From positions 16,465,245-16,529,244 of the forward strand of contig CM119264.1 of the NCBI GenBank assembly GCA_051294375.1: DNA of 64,000 bases. The letters are read 5' to 3'. How positions within the stretch are numbered: position 1 is the first letter of the stretch; every line of letters begins with the position of its first letter. The DNA is from Paraspadella gotoi (Eukaryota; Animalia; Chaetognatha). Shown one piece after another: positions 27,465 to 38,481 of the stretch. Below the pieces are notes generated by a model. The model worked only from the letters and a program-made list of their open reading frames with translations. It ran no database searches and was not told the origin of the DNA. The position numbers were made by a program, and so were the translations under genes.

Positions 27465-29940
27465 ATGTATCGCCTCGTAAGTGAAAAACAATTGTTATTT
27501 AAAACTATCTTTTATCTATTTTCTGAAAGGTTTACGCCGTTTCTTTATCTACCAGGTTTTGATCTGCCTGACTCTGCCCAGCGTCGTTCCGCTTCGTTTT
27601 CACTTCCCTTACTCCCCACAGGTGATTAAAGTTTTACTTTTACTAAAAGTTTTAAAGTAAAATATATTAAAATAATGTATGAAATAACTTGAGATATTTC
27701 AAATTTAACTTGTCTTCTATCTCAGCGTCTCACTTCCTCTACCCCCCACCCCCATGACTTGACTGCGATGTGCCTCGGCGGCGACGTGGCGGGTCTTCGT
27801 GTCCTCGTGGACAAAGGCGGCCTCGACTTGGTCGCTCAGTCGGATTGTCTGGCGCTGGCGGCGTCAAAAGGGCAACTTCTCATGGTCAAATACTTGCTCG
27901 ACATTGGAATAGATGTAGGCGGAAAAGGTAACTTCATCTTTTCAATGCGTTTATTTGTTTTTGAAGTTTCAGTAAAGTAAGATAATTATTAATTAATAAG
28001 GTAATTGAAAGTAATTCATTTTTAATTTTATGCATTTTTTAAAAAATTAGCCAGTTCGTGAAATGGAATTTTAAATGTAAAACTCTGTCCCTTCCACCGC
28101 CAGGAGTCATCGATCCTCCCGCCCTCCACCGCGCCGCCCTCTCAGGCCACAAACGGATCGTCGAGCTGCTCTTGGATCGCGGTGCCGACATCGACTCTCG
28201 TGAAGGCGTCTATCATCAGACGGCGTTGCATTGGGCGGTCAAGGGCGGCGCCGACACACTAGGCGTCGTTCGTATCCTCCTAGATCGCGGCGCCGATCCT
28301 AACGCCGCCGGCGTTCGCGCGTCGCCGCCGTTGTTTTCCGCCGCCTACCGCGACAACGCCGCGGCTATCCGCCTTCTGGCGGTTCGTGGCGCACGATTCG
28401 ATGCCATCAACGATCACTGGGAGACGGCCTGGGGTTTGGCGCAGGAGGCTGGCGCTTCTCAAGCCTTAGCGGAGCTAGAAACCCTTGGCGCTCCTCGCGG
28501 ATTTGTCGGCGAAGCCTTCGAAGGGCCGTCCCGCGACGCCGGTGGCGCCTTTTTTCTCGCCGCCGCCATATTTCTCCTCGTCGATTGCGTCGTCTTCCTG
28601 TGCGCAGGCGACGCTCGAACCGGCAACCAGAAGTCGGCCTTGGGTTTTATTTCGCTGACGCTGCTGGCGCTGTTCGCGCTGTCGGGTTTCGGCCTCGTCG
28701 GTTTGACACCGACCATTTCCTGCCAGCGGGCGTCGACGACGGCCCACTTTTTGCTTTTGTCGGCGTTCGTGTGGTCGACGGCGATGATAGTCGATGCAGT
28801 GCGCGCCGTGACATTTAAATCCGTGCCGGAATCTAAATGGTTTCTCCCCGGCGCCGCTGCCTTCGCCCTCGGAGTTCCGATTGTCGTCGTCGTCGCCTTT
28901 CGTCACGAGTTTCCTGACGATTATTTTCAGGAGCGAAGCCTTTGTCTCTTGGGTAAGGAGATTGGCGGTCAAGGTTTTTTTTTAATGGAATACTAGTGCC
29001 ACTAGACGATTGTCGCTTTGTTTAATACAATTAGCGGTATAAAAATTGGTATTAAAGAGGATACTGGCTCTATCAATGATTCCTGAGAATGCGGCTTTTT
29101 CATTTCGACACATGTAATCAGAATAATAGTCATATTCCCAAATCCACAAAATCGAAATCAAATCCACGCCTGTCCCTTCCCTAAGGTTACAACGTCGTCA
29201 AGTGGGGCTTCGTCCTGCCGGTGGTCTGCCTCCACGCGATCGTCGTCTTCGCCCAGGGACTTCTCTTGGCCAGCTGCCTTTCTCAAGCTCCTTTGGAGTT
29301 CATTGGGCAGCAGCGTCGCCGCTTGATTAACAAGTCGGGCTTCGTCCTTTTAGCGATACTCGACATTTGGGTGGGGTTGGGTTTCTTCGCTTTTGTTCCT
29401 CACTCCGTCGCTGGCGACACCGGCGCCGCCGCCTCGTTCTTCGCTTTCAACGCCGTCACCGTCTTTCTAGGTGAGTCAATACACATCCGGGTCGCGAGAG
29501 GAGTGAAAGTTATTTGCAGTTGGTATGAAAAATTGCGAGATTACTTGTTTCACTGTATTAGGCTTTAAAATATTTTATTAGAATTTAAAAATAAATTTTA
29601 CTATATATTAAATATTTTACTTTATATAATTTATAATTATTTAATAATTTATATATCATTTTTACTTTTGTTTCTACCTATAACGCTTCAAAAGTGAAAA
29701 GAAATTGATTTAATAACTTCCCACAACCCTTCACAATTTTCGTCTTTGATGCTGATTTTAATTTGCGCGTTGCCATCGTTTTTTCTCTCAGGAATTCTAA
29801 TTCTCTATCTTCGTATCTTCAACTCTTCTCCGATTCGCCTTCGAACGAAAGACTTTTTCTCGCGCGTGAAAGTGAGTGACGCGAACAGCATCTACATCCC
29901 TTACGCCAAACTCCAGCAGGCGCCCTCGTCGGTCAAGTGA
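27465..29940 (+). CDS. Signal peptide + ankyrin repeats + secretin/adhesion-class (family B) 7TM receptor, ~520 aa, 6 exons
   Basis: Exons 27465-27476, 27556-27621, 27726-27927, 28104-28952, 29186-29470 and 29792-29940 are all GT-AG and phase-compatible (1563 nt). N-terminus MYRLVLICLTLPSVVP. Ankyrin repeats: LALAASKGQLLMVKYLLDIGIDV, ALHRAALSGHKRIVELLLDRGADID, TALHWAVKGG..VVRILLDRGADPN, PLFSAAYRDNAAAIRLLAVRGA. 7TM motifs: TM3 CQRASTTAHFLLLSAFVWS, TM4 ALGVPIVVV, ECL2-TM5 CLL..VKWGFVLP, TM7 FAFNAVTVFLGILILYLRIFNS. Confidence 0.85.
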
Positions 29941-30052
29941 ATGGAGGTTGCTGGGGAAGGAGATTCGAGTTGCTGTGGAGATTTTACGTCGTCTCATGTA
30001 GCATTAACATTAAACAATCTCATGTTTTTCTCTCTGTATACGATAGTTAATA

Positions 30053-30277
30053 TGTAGCGCGAGTCTTACCCGTTGCTCTTATGTAACATTGCTCTTTTAT
30101 TTCTCATCAGCCGATATCTTGATGACGTCGTATTTCAATTTATATTTCCCAAAGAAAAACCTTATATAATGAATTTCTTGGGAAATATAAATTGAAATAC
30201 GACGTCATCAAGATATTGGCTGATGAGAAATAAAAGAGCAATGTTACATAAGAGCAACGGGTAAGACTCGCGCTACA
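30053..30277. mobile_element. 225-bp foldback/MITE with ~100-bp inverted arms, TGT...ACA termini and a 4-bp TSD (AATA)
   Basis: The left arm TGTAGCGCGAGTCTTACCCG...TTTCCCAAAGAAA and right arm TTTCTTGGGAAA...CGGGTAAGACTCGCGCTACA are near-perfect reverse complements. AATA lies at 30049-30052 and 30278-30281. Confidence 0.9.
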
Positions 30278-30954
30278 AATATATCCATATGTTGCTTATA
30301 ATTAACGCCGTTTTGAATTCCAAGTGAATTCACCTCATATAGAAATAGCTGGTCACTCTGAATATTGATGTAAAATCACTAAACCTTTACTTGGTGTTGT
30401 GTGTGCACAATGCAATGATAAACGTGATATAAGACTGGCATTGCTGTTTTCAAAGGTGAAATATATATATTTTTTATTATGAATTGGGTTTGTTTCTCTA
30501 TTACTCTCCTTAATTCGTTTTCTTTCCCTTTCTTTCTTTCCCTAGATTATAGGTTAAGGGGTGAACTTGGGTAAAAATATTTTCTTAAGTAGGTAATAGA
30601 AAAGTTTTTTGTTTAGTTAGCAGTTAACTAAATAAAAGTAGGCAATTTTTAATTAACAAGAGTAACTTTAAAACATAAATATAACTTACAAATTTATAAT
30701 CTAATTTGCTAAAATTAAGAAGAGAAACATTATTTTAAATCAATTAAGACAAATTGATAATAAATTATTTAACAAATTAATGAAATAAAATATTTTAGGG
30801 CATTAATTTATTTAATTTATCATAAAAAAATTTAAAAAAAAATTATGATTCAAAAATCTTAAGAAAAATCTTTTTTTTACTAAGGTAATTTGAGTGACAC
30901 TTTGCTCAGTTAATCTGGCAAAATTATACCTAATTTCATCCTCTATTACAGGTT

Positions 30955-31010
<56 letters not shown>

Positions 31011-33592
31011 GGGCGAGTCGCTGAGATTTATTCCCTTCCAACAAAGGCGACCGTCTCGATGCAATTAATCTTACGTCCGCTGATTCTTGGGTTTTTTGCT
31101 GCGCGCGCCTCTGGCAGTACGAGCGTCGAACGGGGACCGCACCAACCCTCTACGCACTTTTTTTAAAAATACGCCATGAACACTCGTAAGTCGCAGTCGA
31201 GATTACATTTTTTCGAGCTCTTTTATTGTGGGTGTCGGCAGAAATTCCGGCGTCGACCAGTCGACTGCTTCTTTAATTTGAATTTTATTATTAACCTTCT
31301 CGGTTCAGTATTAGTGAGAGGGAGTGAATCTGAAAGAGTCTGATCTGGATTCTCCGTGAGAGATTCTCGATTGTCTTCTCTTTGGTGCGCTGCTCTCCAT
31401 TGTCCGGTTCCATCGATGTATGGCGGCTGAAGAGAGAGATAAACTCATAGAATAGAGGGGAGAGAGAGAAAGAGGGAAGAGAACGTGGAAGAGAGACGTA
31501 CGCCGATCAATATTTCTTGTCAAAGAATCCATATTGCTTATCAATCCATTGCATGCCATCGAGAAGTTTCATGGAATTCAAAGACGCAACTTATTGGATT
31601 ACTGATTCCTCTCGGGGGGGGAAAAATTCCAATTGTTCATTGTTCTTTGTTTACTCTTCATTGAGAGAGAATAAAAATTAAAGGCGAAGAAACTCAATTG
31701 GTTTAAAAAAAAAAGAAAAACTGTGAAAGTTGAAAAATAACCACTAGGAATAGGACCTGGTCCGATTCCTAGTCAGGTGAGTGCTCTCCACTTGATTGAT
31801 AAGAGAGAGAGAGAGAGGGAGGGGTGATGCTAGCATCTGTGGTCACGGTTAATAACTCGAGAGGCCATCTCTCGAGGGAAACTCGTTGGTTGTGAAGGTG
31901 ACATGATGACCAGTTGATTTGTTCAGTTTCCATTAGTTTTTTCCTGATGATTTCGTCAGTTCTGATCAGCTTTATATCGTCCTAATTTTGGTTGTTGCTC
32001 AAGTCGCTATTTCTCCTGTATCGGACCATCTCGACATGTTACCGGTTGAACATTGTAACGTTCAACGACAACCAGTCGAAGCCACATCGTGATCGTTCTT
32101 CATTTAACAACAACATCGAGCGTAAACCGTTCCATCTATCACAAGATTGATCCCTTCCGTCACGAAAGCGAAAACCCACCGCCTGTCACAAACCGCGCTC
32201 GCCTTTCACCCCATAAACTGCGTTGGGAAGGCGCGTTCGTTTGCGCCGCGACTTCGGCCACTAATCGCGGGCAATTTTCCGCCTCGCTTTTCTTGTCACT
32301 TGTGGCCGAAGCGAGGAAAAAAATCGGGAATTTAGACGCGACCCAAGGGCATTTTCTTTTTTTTATGGCGGGAAGCTTCAGAGGTCATCGGAAGAGCGTT
32401 GAGGGGAAGTTGGCTTCATAAGAATCGCCGCTTCCCACGTCTTGCTGAATTATCTCTATATATATTATTAAATTTATATCGGTTTATATTTGAACTCATT
32501 CGATTGATTTTATTCAACAATGATCCTTTATAATTATATTATATTAAATTCTATTATATTTATAGCCTTTAAACGAAAAAGTTCAAAGCTTTTTCGGTCG
32601 AAAAAAAAAAACTGACAAATCCACTGCGAGAGCCTTAATGTTCTAATTAAATGTTTATGACACCTAAAGCTGAGAGATTCATTTTATTTTCCACCCAAGC
32701 AGAAAGAAGAATAGAAACGTGCGACAGTGACAAATATTTCTTTCCATGAGAGAAATGTAATTTGAAAAATTTTAGCGCTTTTCATTTTTATTAAAACTGT
32801 AAGCGCCTTTTCTTTTTCCTCTCGTTCCGCTTTTGGTTTCCTTTACCTCGCCATTTTTCGTCACCAGAAGCGTTTCAGCGTCACTTACAAATGCCGCGCC
32901 AACTGTTGCTACGCCAAATAAGGCCGCGTCACAAAAAAAAAAGCACCGGCGGCAAAATCTGATTGATAGCGCGACCTCACGACTCGAGAGAAACTTTTTC
33001 GAGTGAAAAAAAACCCCCGGAGATTTTCAAAACAGAATTCTTGTTTCACTGGAGAAAGAATTGCGAGCGAACGACCAAACGAACAAACCAGTTTTCGATT
33101 TTTTCCTTTTTCCAATTTTCCCTTTTTTTTTTACCCCCAGCGAATTTTCCGGAATCTTTTCTCGATCTTTCTTTTTAGAATTATCGGCAAAATCCTACAG
33201 TAACCGTTTGGAATATATCGTAGTAGTTGTATAAATATGGTTCGTATCTTTGAATCAGCATACGTTTCTTTTACTTTTAGTTTTATGGTCACCTCAAAAT
33301 CGTCATTTCCCCCCCCCCCATTTTTCAGCCAGCACTTTACCCCTCGGCCCCTCTTCGCTCAGCCTTCCGGCTTTTCTCCCAATTTTCATTCGGTGGGCGA
33401 AGTTTCATTTATTGCGGTTTAAGGGGCGTGGTGAGGAAAGCGTCTCGATGGGCGACGAGGCCCATGAAAAATGCGACTGGGAGAGAAACATAGATTTCAG
33501 GTGGAGAAAAAAATCGGAGGGGAGTTGGTAAGTCGGTGGGAAGCGCGGAGTCATAAGGTAAGTGAATTTATAGGAAGGTACGTCGGAAGACA

Positions 33593-33859
33593 TGCGGATA
33601 AGGCGCTAAGTGGGCTGAAGAGTGCTATCACCAACTTCTTTAACTCCCTTTCGCTGCCATGGAACGTGTCCTGAGCAAGGGACCAGGCTTGAGGGTTTTC
33701 CACGCCCCCAAAGCGGTTTACGGCCGTCCTCATTCTTCCCGCAGTGTAGGTATCATTGGGGAGCGGTCGTTGGTCATGAGCTGATGGTATTACTCAATGA
33801 GCCAGCGGGTCACGACTGATGCTTATAGGCGGGGTGAACTTATACAATGCCCGACTGAA
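33593..33859 (-). mobile_element. Solo LTR of the tRNA-containing miniature LTR element family, 4-bp TSD GACA
   Basis: Collinear with the LTRs at 36417-37100 (tgcggataaggcgctaagtgggctgaaga...caatgcccgactgaa). GACA at 33589-33592 and 33860-33863. Confidence 0.85.
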
Positions 33860-35229
33860 GACAAAACGGGGGGAATCAAAGAAGATTCGACGGAGGGTTT
33901 GAATCTACTCGCGAGTAAGACATTTTGTTTCACTGAATTAAATCTTAAAAATCAAAAGGACAAATGCGATTTGGTGACCTTTTCTTTTACGAGGTTCCGG
34001 GTAGACGTTTCCACAGAGAAGAAGGCGATGGAATTGCGGTTTGACTCGGCGCTCAATGTCGTCGTAGTTGAACTGAGGCGCCGAAAAAGGAAAGACCGAA
34101 GTTCGGGGTGACGGAAATTCGACGCGTCTCGACTCTATCGCCCTCGTGCGGCGGGGTTCGTTAAAGATTTTTAATTTTCCGAAGCAACCGGAAAACCCGT
34201 GAAGAAATTCGCCGGAGAGGTCTCACGACAGATGGAATTGTGAGTTCGCATCGAGATCGCAGATGATATCTGGGATTTGAATGACTTTCTTCAAGTAATA
34301 GAAGATAACTCCAAAACCCTTCCCCAATTAGATCTGGATGGCGAAACTGGTTAATGGTAACGAGAAAAATCTCAAAATGGCCTCCAGATGGTATGCCATC
34401 TCATCGCCATTCTTTTTACTCCCGGTTCTCATCCCCCTCTCTCTCTTTCCCATTCGCCATCGACAGGAAAGAAAAAAAAAACCCATCATCTCCTTCGACT
34501 CGAAAGCGAAAAAAGTTCCTGTGTTTTCCCGAAACGAGTCTCCACCCATCATCCAAATTTCCACGGTCTCGTGGGGAAGGCGGAGGAGGAGGGAGGCGGC
34601 CAGTGGCCATGGGTGAGTGTTAATGTGGGTGTTGTGGGTGTTAGGAGGGGAAGCGGTTTTGGGATGGAATTGCATCATACTGTAGCGAGTTCATCAACGT
34701 GAAATGAGAGCGTCAAGAAAAGAGGATCGCCTTCTGATTGATTGATTGAATGATTTGATTTGATTTATTGATTGGATTGATTTGATTGATTGATCGAAGT
34801 AGGCGTGTCTTCGTCGAAAGAAAGATGTCACTATGTTATTGCTTGAGTGAGACGTTTCTCGGGTTCGAACTCTTTCATCGTCTTCAGGGCTGACGACGCG
34901 TCGAACCGTCGACGAAAGAGATTCTCTTCACCTCTGCGAGGGTTTTCACCGCGGTTAGGGTGAACCACTTCCAGTGAAAAGGTCGCCGTGAAAAAGGATT
35001 TTTTTTCTTTTCTAGTGAAAGTTGTACTAGTCTGCAGACAGAAAATATTAGAATAAAAGAAGATAAACGAATTCTTTTTAACAATTCTTAGTGTAGTATG
35101 TAGTAGTATTTAAAATTTTCACATAAAAATCATATTCATTTGGCAACCACCATTCACAATCTCTCTCTCTCTCTCCTCGTGCCTGAGCCTCTCTCCTCAT
35201 CATCTTCTCCACTGCTCGATCACCTTCTC

Positions 35230-35267
<38 letters not shown>

Positions 35268-35404
35268 GACGATCTCATGCGACTCAATTCTGCTCCTCAG
35301 GGAAACGAAGCCGATGGAGTGAAAGAAAGAAAGCAAACGACGAACTTGAACTTCCACGCTGTCTTATGCAACCGTCAAGGTTTACGAGGCTTTTTCCTCG
35401 CTCT

Positions 35405-35456
<52 letters not shown>

Positions 35457-35471
35457 CTCTTCATCTCTCTC

Positions 35472-35511
<40 letters not shown>

Positions 35512-36416
35512 CTCTCTTTTGGACATTTTGACAGGGTGTTGAAACAACAATATGCCTTTAACCTTCAAAACTTTCTACCGGTACTTATTGGAAATCGGAA
35601 GTAGCTAAATCACCATTTAACATGATTTTTTTTTTCAAGTTTAAATAACTAACCTCATAATTATAAATTTCTATAAAATGTACGTATTCGTGTAGGAAAA
35701 TTACAGGAAACGAGATAAAACAAAAATTATAATAATTTTAAAAAAAGAGGCGCGTTTGTGATTGGAAATAGTGAGGGAGGAATAGAAAATTAAAAAAGAA
35801 GGAAAAATAGAGTGTCGCATCCTAATGAACTAGACTTTTCACTTTTTTCTACGTTTCACAAAAAAAAGGAATCTACTTTAGGCTTTTTCCTCCTCTTGGC
35901 ACCGCCCTCACGTGCTAATCCCATGACAGCTGGAATTCTCTCGGCGTCGGCGACGAGGCAATGGCGGTGGTTGCCGCCGAGACAGAAAAATGGAAAGAAT
36001 AGAAAATGGAAAGTTGAGAAACTGGGGAAAGAGAGGTCCAGACGATAAGGGTGAGGTTCGCCATGAAGGACAAATACCGAAAAATTATGCGGATATTTGT
36101 GATCAGTGACAAATTAAAAAAAAAGACGAAAACAATTGAAAAGCGGAAAACGGGAATTCTGGGCAAGTTCAAGTTTCAACTAAAATAATATTTTTTACAT
36201 TTAACCTCTCGAATTATATAAACTGAAACTGAAATATTATACTACTTCATTGATCGGGAAGCCAAGTACTCTTGGAGACTGTGAGAGAGTCTTGATTGAA
36301 AGCTTGCAAGAACCTGCTTTGTCATTATCTTGGAGTGATGGAGGCCCTAAACCACCAAAGCCTGGTCCAGAGTCAGGGGCAAGAATTAAATGAATGGACA
36401 ATTTTTATATTGGTTC

Positions 36417-37100
36417 TGTGGATAAGGCGCTAAGTGGGCTGAAGATGACTATCCGTAACTTCTATAACCCCTTTAGTAGCTATGGACGGGTCCTGGGCTT
36501 GGAACCAGGCTTGAGGGGTTGCCACGCCCCCAAGGCGGCTTCGGCCATCCTCACGCTTCCCGCAGGTAGGTACCAGGTTGGGATTGAACCCGATACCTAG
36601 TGGTCATGAGCGATGGTTTTACCCAATGAGCCACCCGTCAGGACTGAAGGTGTCATGCTTATAGGCGGGGTGAACCTAGGCAATGCCAGACTACATGCCC
36701 CCCAGATTGTAACCCACCCTGCACTGCTTCCAGTGGAGGGAGGGGAGCAATCTTCAGCACGTCCATGGGCCTGGAATCAGAAGGTTGGAATACGCTCGAC
36801 AGGATGGGCTCACCAGTGTGGATAAGGCGCTAAGTGGGCTGAAGATGACTATCCGTAAACTTCTATAACCCCCTTATAGTAGCTATGGAACGGATCCTGG
36901 GCTTGGAACTAGGCTTGAGGGTTGCCACGCCCCCAAGGCGGCTTACGGCTGTCCTCACGCTTCCCGCAGGGAATGTACCAGGTTGGGATTGAACCCGGTA
37001 CATAGTGGTCATGAGCTGATGGCTTTACTCAATGAGCCACCGGGTCAGGACTGAAGGTGTCATGCTTATGCGGGGTGAACCTAGGCAATGCCCGACTACA
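36417..37100 (-). mobile_element. Non-autonomous miniature LTR retrotransposon (TRIM) with a tRNA-derived sequence inside each LTR
   Basis: Direct repeats 36417-36695 and 36817-37100 have TG...CA ends, separated by a 121-bp internal region. TSD GTTC at 36413-36416 and 37101-37104. On the minus strand, a PBS-like TGGTGAGCCCAT starts 1 nt after the 5' LTR and a PPT-like GGGGGGCA abuts the 3' LTR. Confidence 0.9.
36976..37046 (-). promoter_or_regulatory. tRNA-like Pol III internal promoter (A box/B box) within the 5' LTR; not a functional tRNA
   Basis: Minus strand reads GACCCGG TGGCTCATTGAGTAAAGC CATCAG CTCATGA CCACTATGTACC GGGTTCAATCCC AACCTGGTA. It has an A box, a B box (GGTTCAATCC), partial acceptor/D/T stems and CAT at the anticodon position, but the anticodon stem does not pair. 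A second copy lies at ~36571-36640. Confidence 0.75.
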
Positions 37101-37595
37101 GTTCTATATATGTTCGTATCAATTTCATAAAAAACGCTTCGGGTAAAACACTGGAGCCTTTTATCTCCAATGAAAATGTTAAACTGTTAATGATGAAATA
37201 GGGATTTAACAAGGCGAATTTTTCCCAACCAGGAACGAAGAATCGTCCTTTACATCAGCCTGATTTATAGAGGTGGTAGTTGAACTCTGTTCATTGAATA
37301 GATCGGCGGAAAGGATCAAGATGACGACGATGACGACGATGAAGATGATAATAAAACGACGAAAACAACATAAAGCTTAAAGGTCATTCGTTTACAGTAG
37401 ATAAATCCTTCCTGATTTGAAGATTTTTATAAGTTCGATTTTATTTTAGAGATTTCCTAACATTTTTAAATTTCATTCTCTCTGAGTGAGTAAAACGATT
37501 AAAAAAGTAAAAAATAGTAACAATAAATTTGACTTCATTATCAGTAATTAATGCTCCGATTCAGTATGGCCTAAAACAAAATTTCGGGTCCAGTC

Positions 37596-38399
37596 ATGTT
37601 AGTCATATTGTTGGCGGCCACAATTGCTCTCATTAACTTCCAAACGCGAACTTCGACGAAGGATGAAAACCTATTCGCATATGGAAGTAGTGACAAACCA
37701 GGTATTTCCCACTTTTTATATAAACACATTAAATTAAGAGTTAACACTTCAATTGAAAGAAATGTAGTTTGTAAAAGCGTTATACGAGTTCTTGATTTCA
37801 TCAAATATTCCTTTTCCGCGAGAACTTCTTTTCAATAATCTCCTATAACCTACAGTAGGATATTTTTTCTTTATTGCGATCTAAAGATGTTTTAAAACTA
37901 TTTTCATTTCAGACCACAATATTCCCTATTGCACTCAGAGTAGTAACGCAAATTATAGAGCCTCATCCTACTACTCTACCGATTATTCACCACAAAGGGC
38001 TGTGGTAAGGAAGGGGGTTTCCTGGAGCAGCAAAAAGCTGAAGCTCGGTGGTGAAGCTCAGTGGATTGAGATCGCATTCAACACGCCCAAAAGAGTGGTA
38101 GGTTAGGTCGCCTCCCAATTTAATTTGGTTTTTGTTTTATAGACCAAAAAAAAAAAAGGTAACATGTAATGTCTTAACTACAATTTTCATTGATATTTTA
38201 AAGGTGAGTCTCTCCTTTGAAGGGGATAAGTATTACCCAGACAACACCCCGACTCGGTACGAGCTTCGGGCTTTCGACGGCACCCATTGGATCGAACTCT
38301 TAAAAGGAAAACACGAACTGGATGCCCAAGCCAGGCGCGAGGACTTAATCGAAACGACAAGGCGCTACCGAATATTCAGGCTTTATGTTTATGAGACGG
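37596..38399 (+). CDS. Secreted F5/8 type C (discoidin/galactose-binding-like) domain protein, first three exons; 3' end not resolved past the gap
   Basis: Exons 37596-37701, 37913-38097 and 38204-38399 are phase-compatible. Hydrophobic N-terminus MLVILLAATIALINF, then YRASSYYSTDYSP..WSS..AQWIEIAFNTPKRVV..PTRYELRAFDGTHWIEL..RYRIFRLYVYET, which matches the F5/8C pattern. Confidence 0.7.
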
Positions 38400-38447
38400 G
38401 TAAGAATAGTAAGATAAAGATATTAGGGAGAGTGAGAAAGAAAAATT

Positions 38448-38481
<34 letters not shown>

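Noticed and set aside
36240-36410. Possible non-LTR retrotransposon remnant (minus-strand ..GPGFGGLGPP..) hosting the mini element
   Set aside because: A single short motif with no other RT motifs recognisable.
36976-37046. Functional tRNA-Met gene
   Set aside because: The anticodon stem does not pair, the T and acceptor stems are incomplete, and it is embedded in an LTR present in three local copies.
33593-37100. Hammerhead or HDV-like ribozyme in the repeats (CTGATG motif)
   Set aside because: CTGATG is followed by G rather than A, there is no matching GAAA core or HDV pseudoknot, and the motif is simply the antisense of the tRNA-like block.
36417-37100. Two tandem tRNA-SINEs
   Set aside because: The tRNA part is internal rather than 5'-terminal and there is no simple-repeat tail. 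TG..CA ends, PBS, PPT and a single TSD around the pair indicate an LTR structure.
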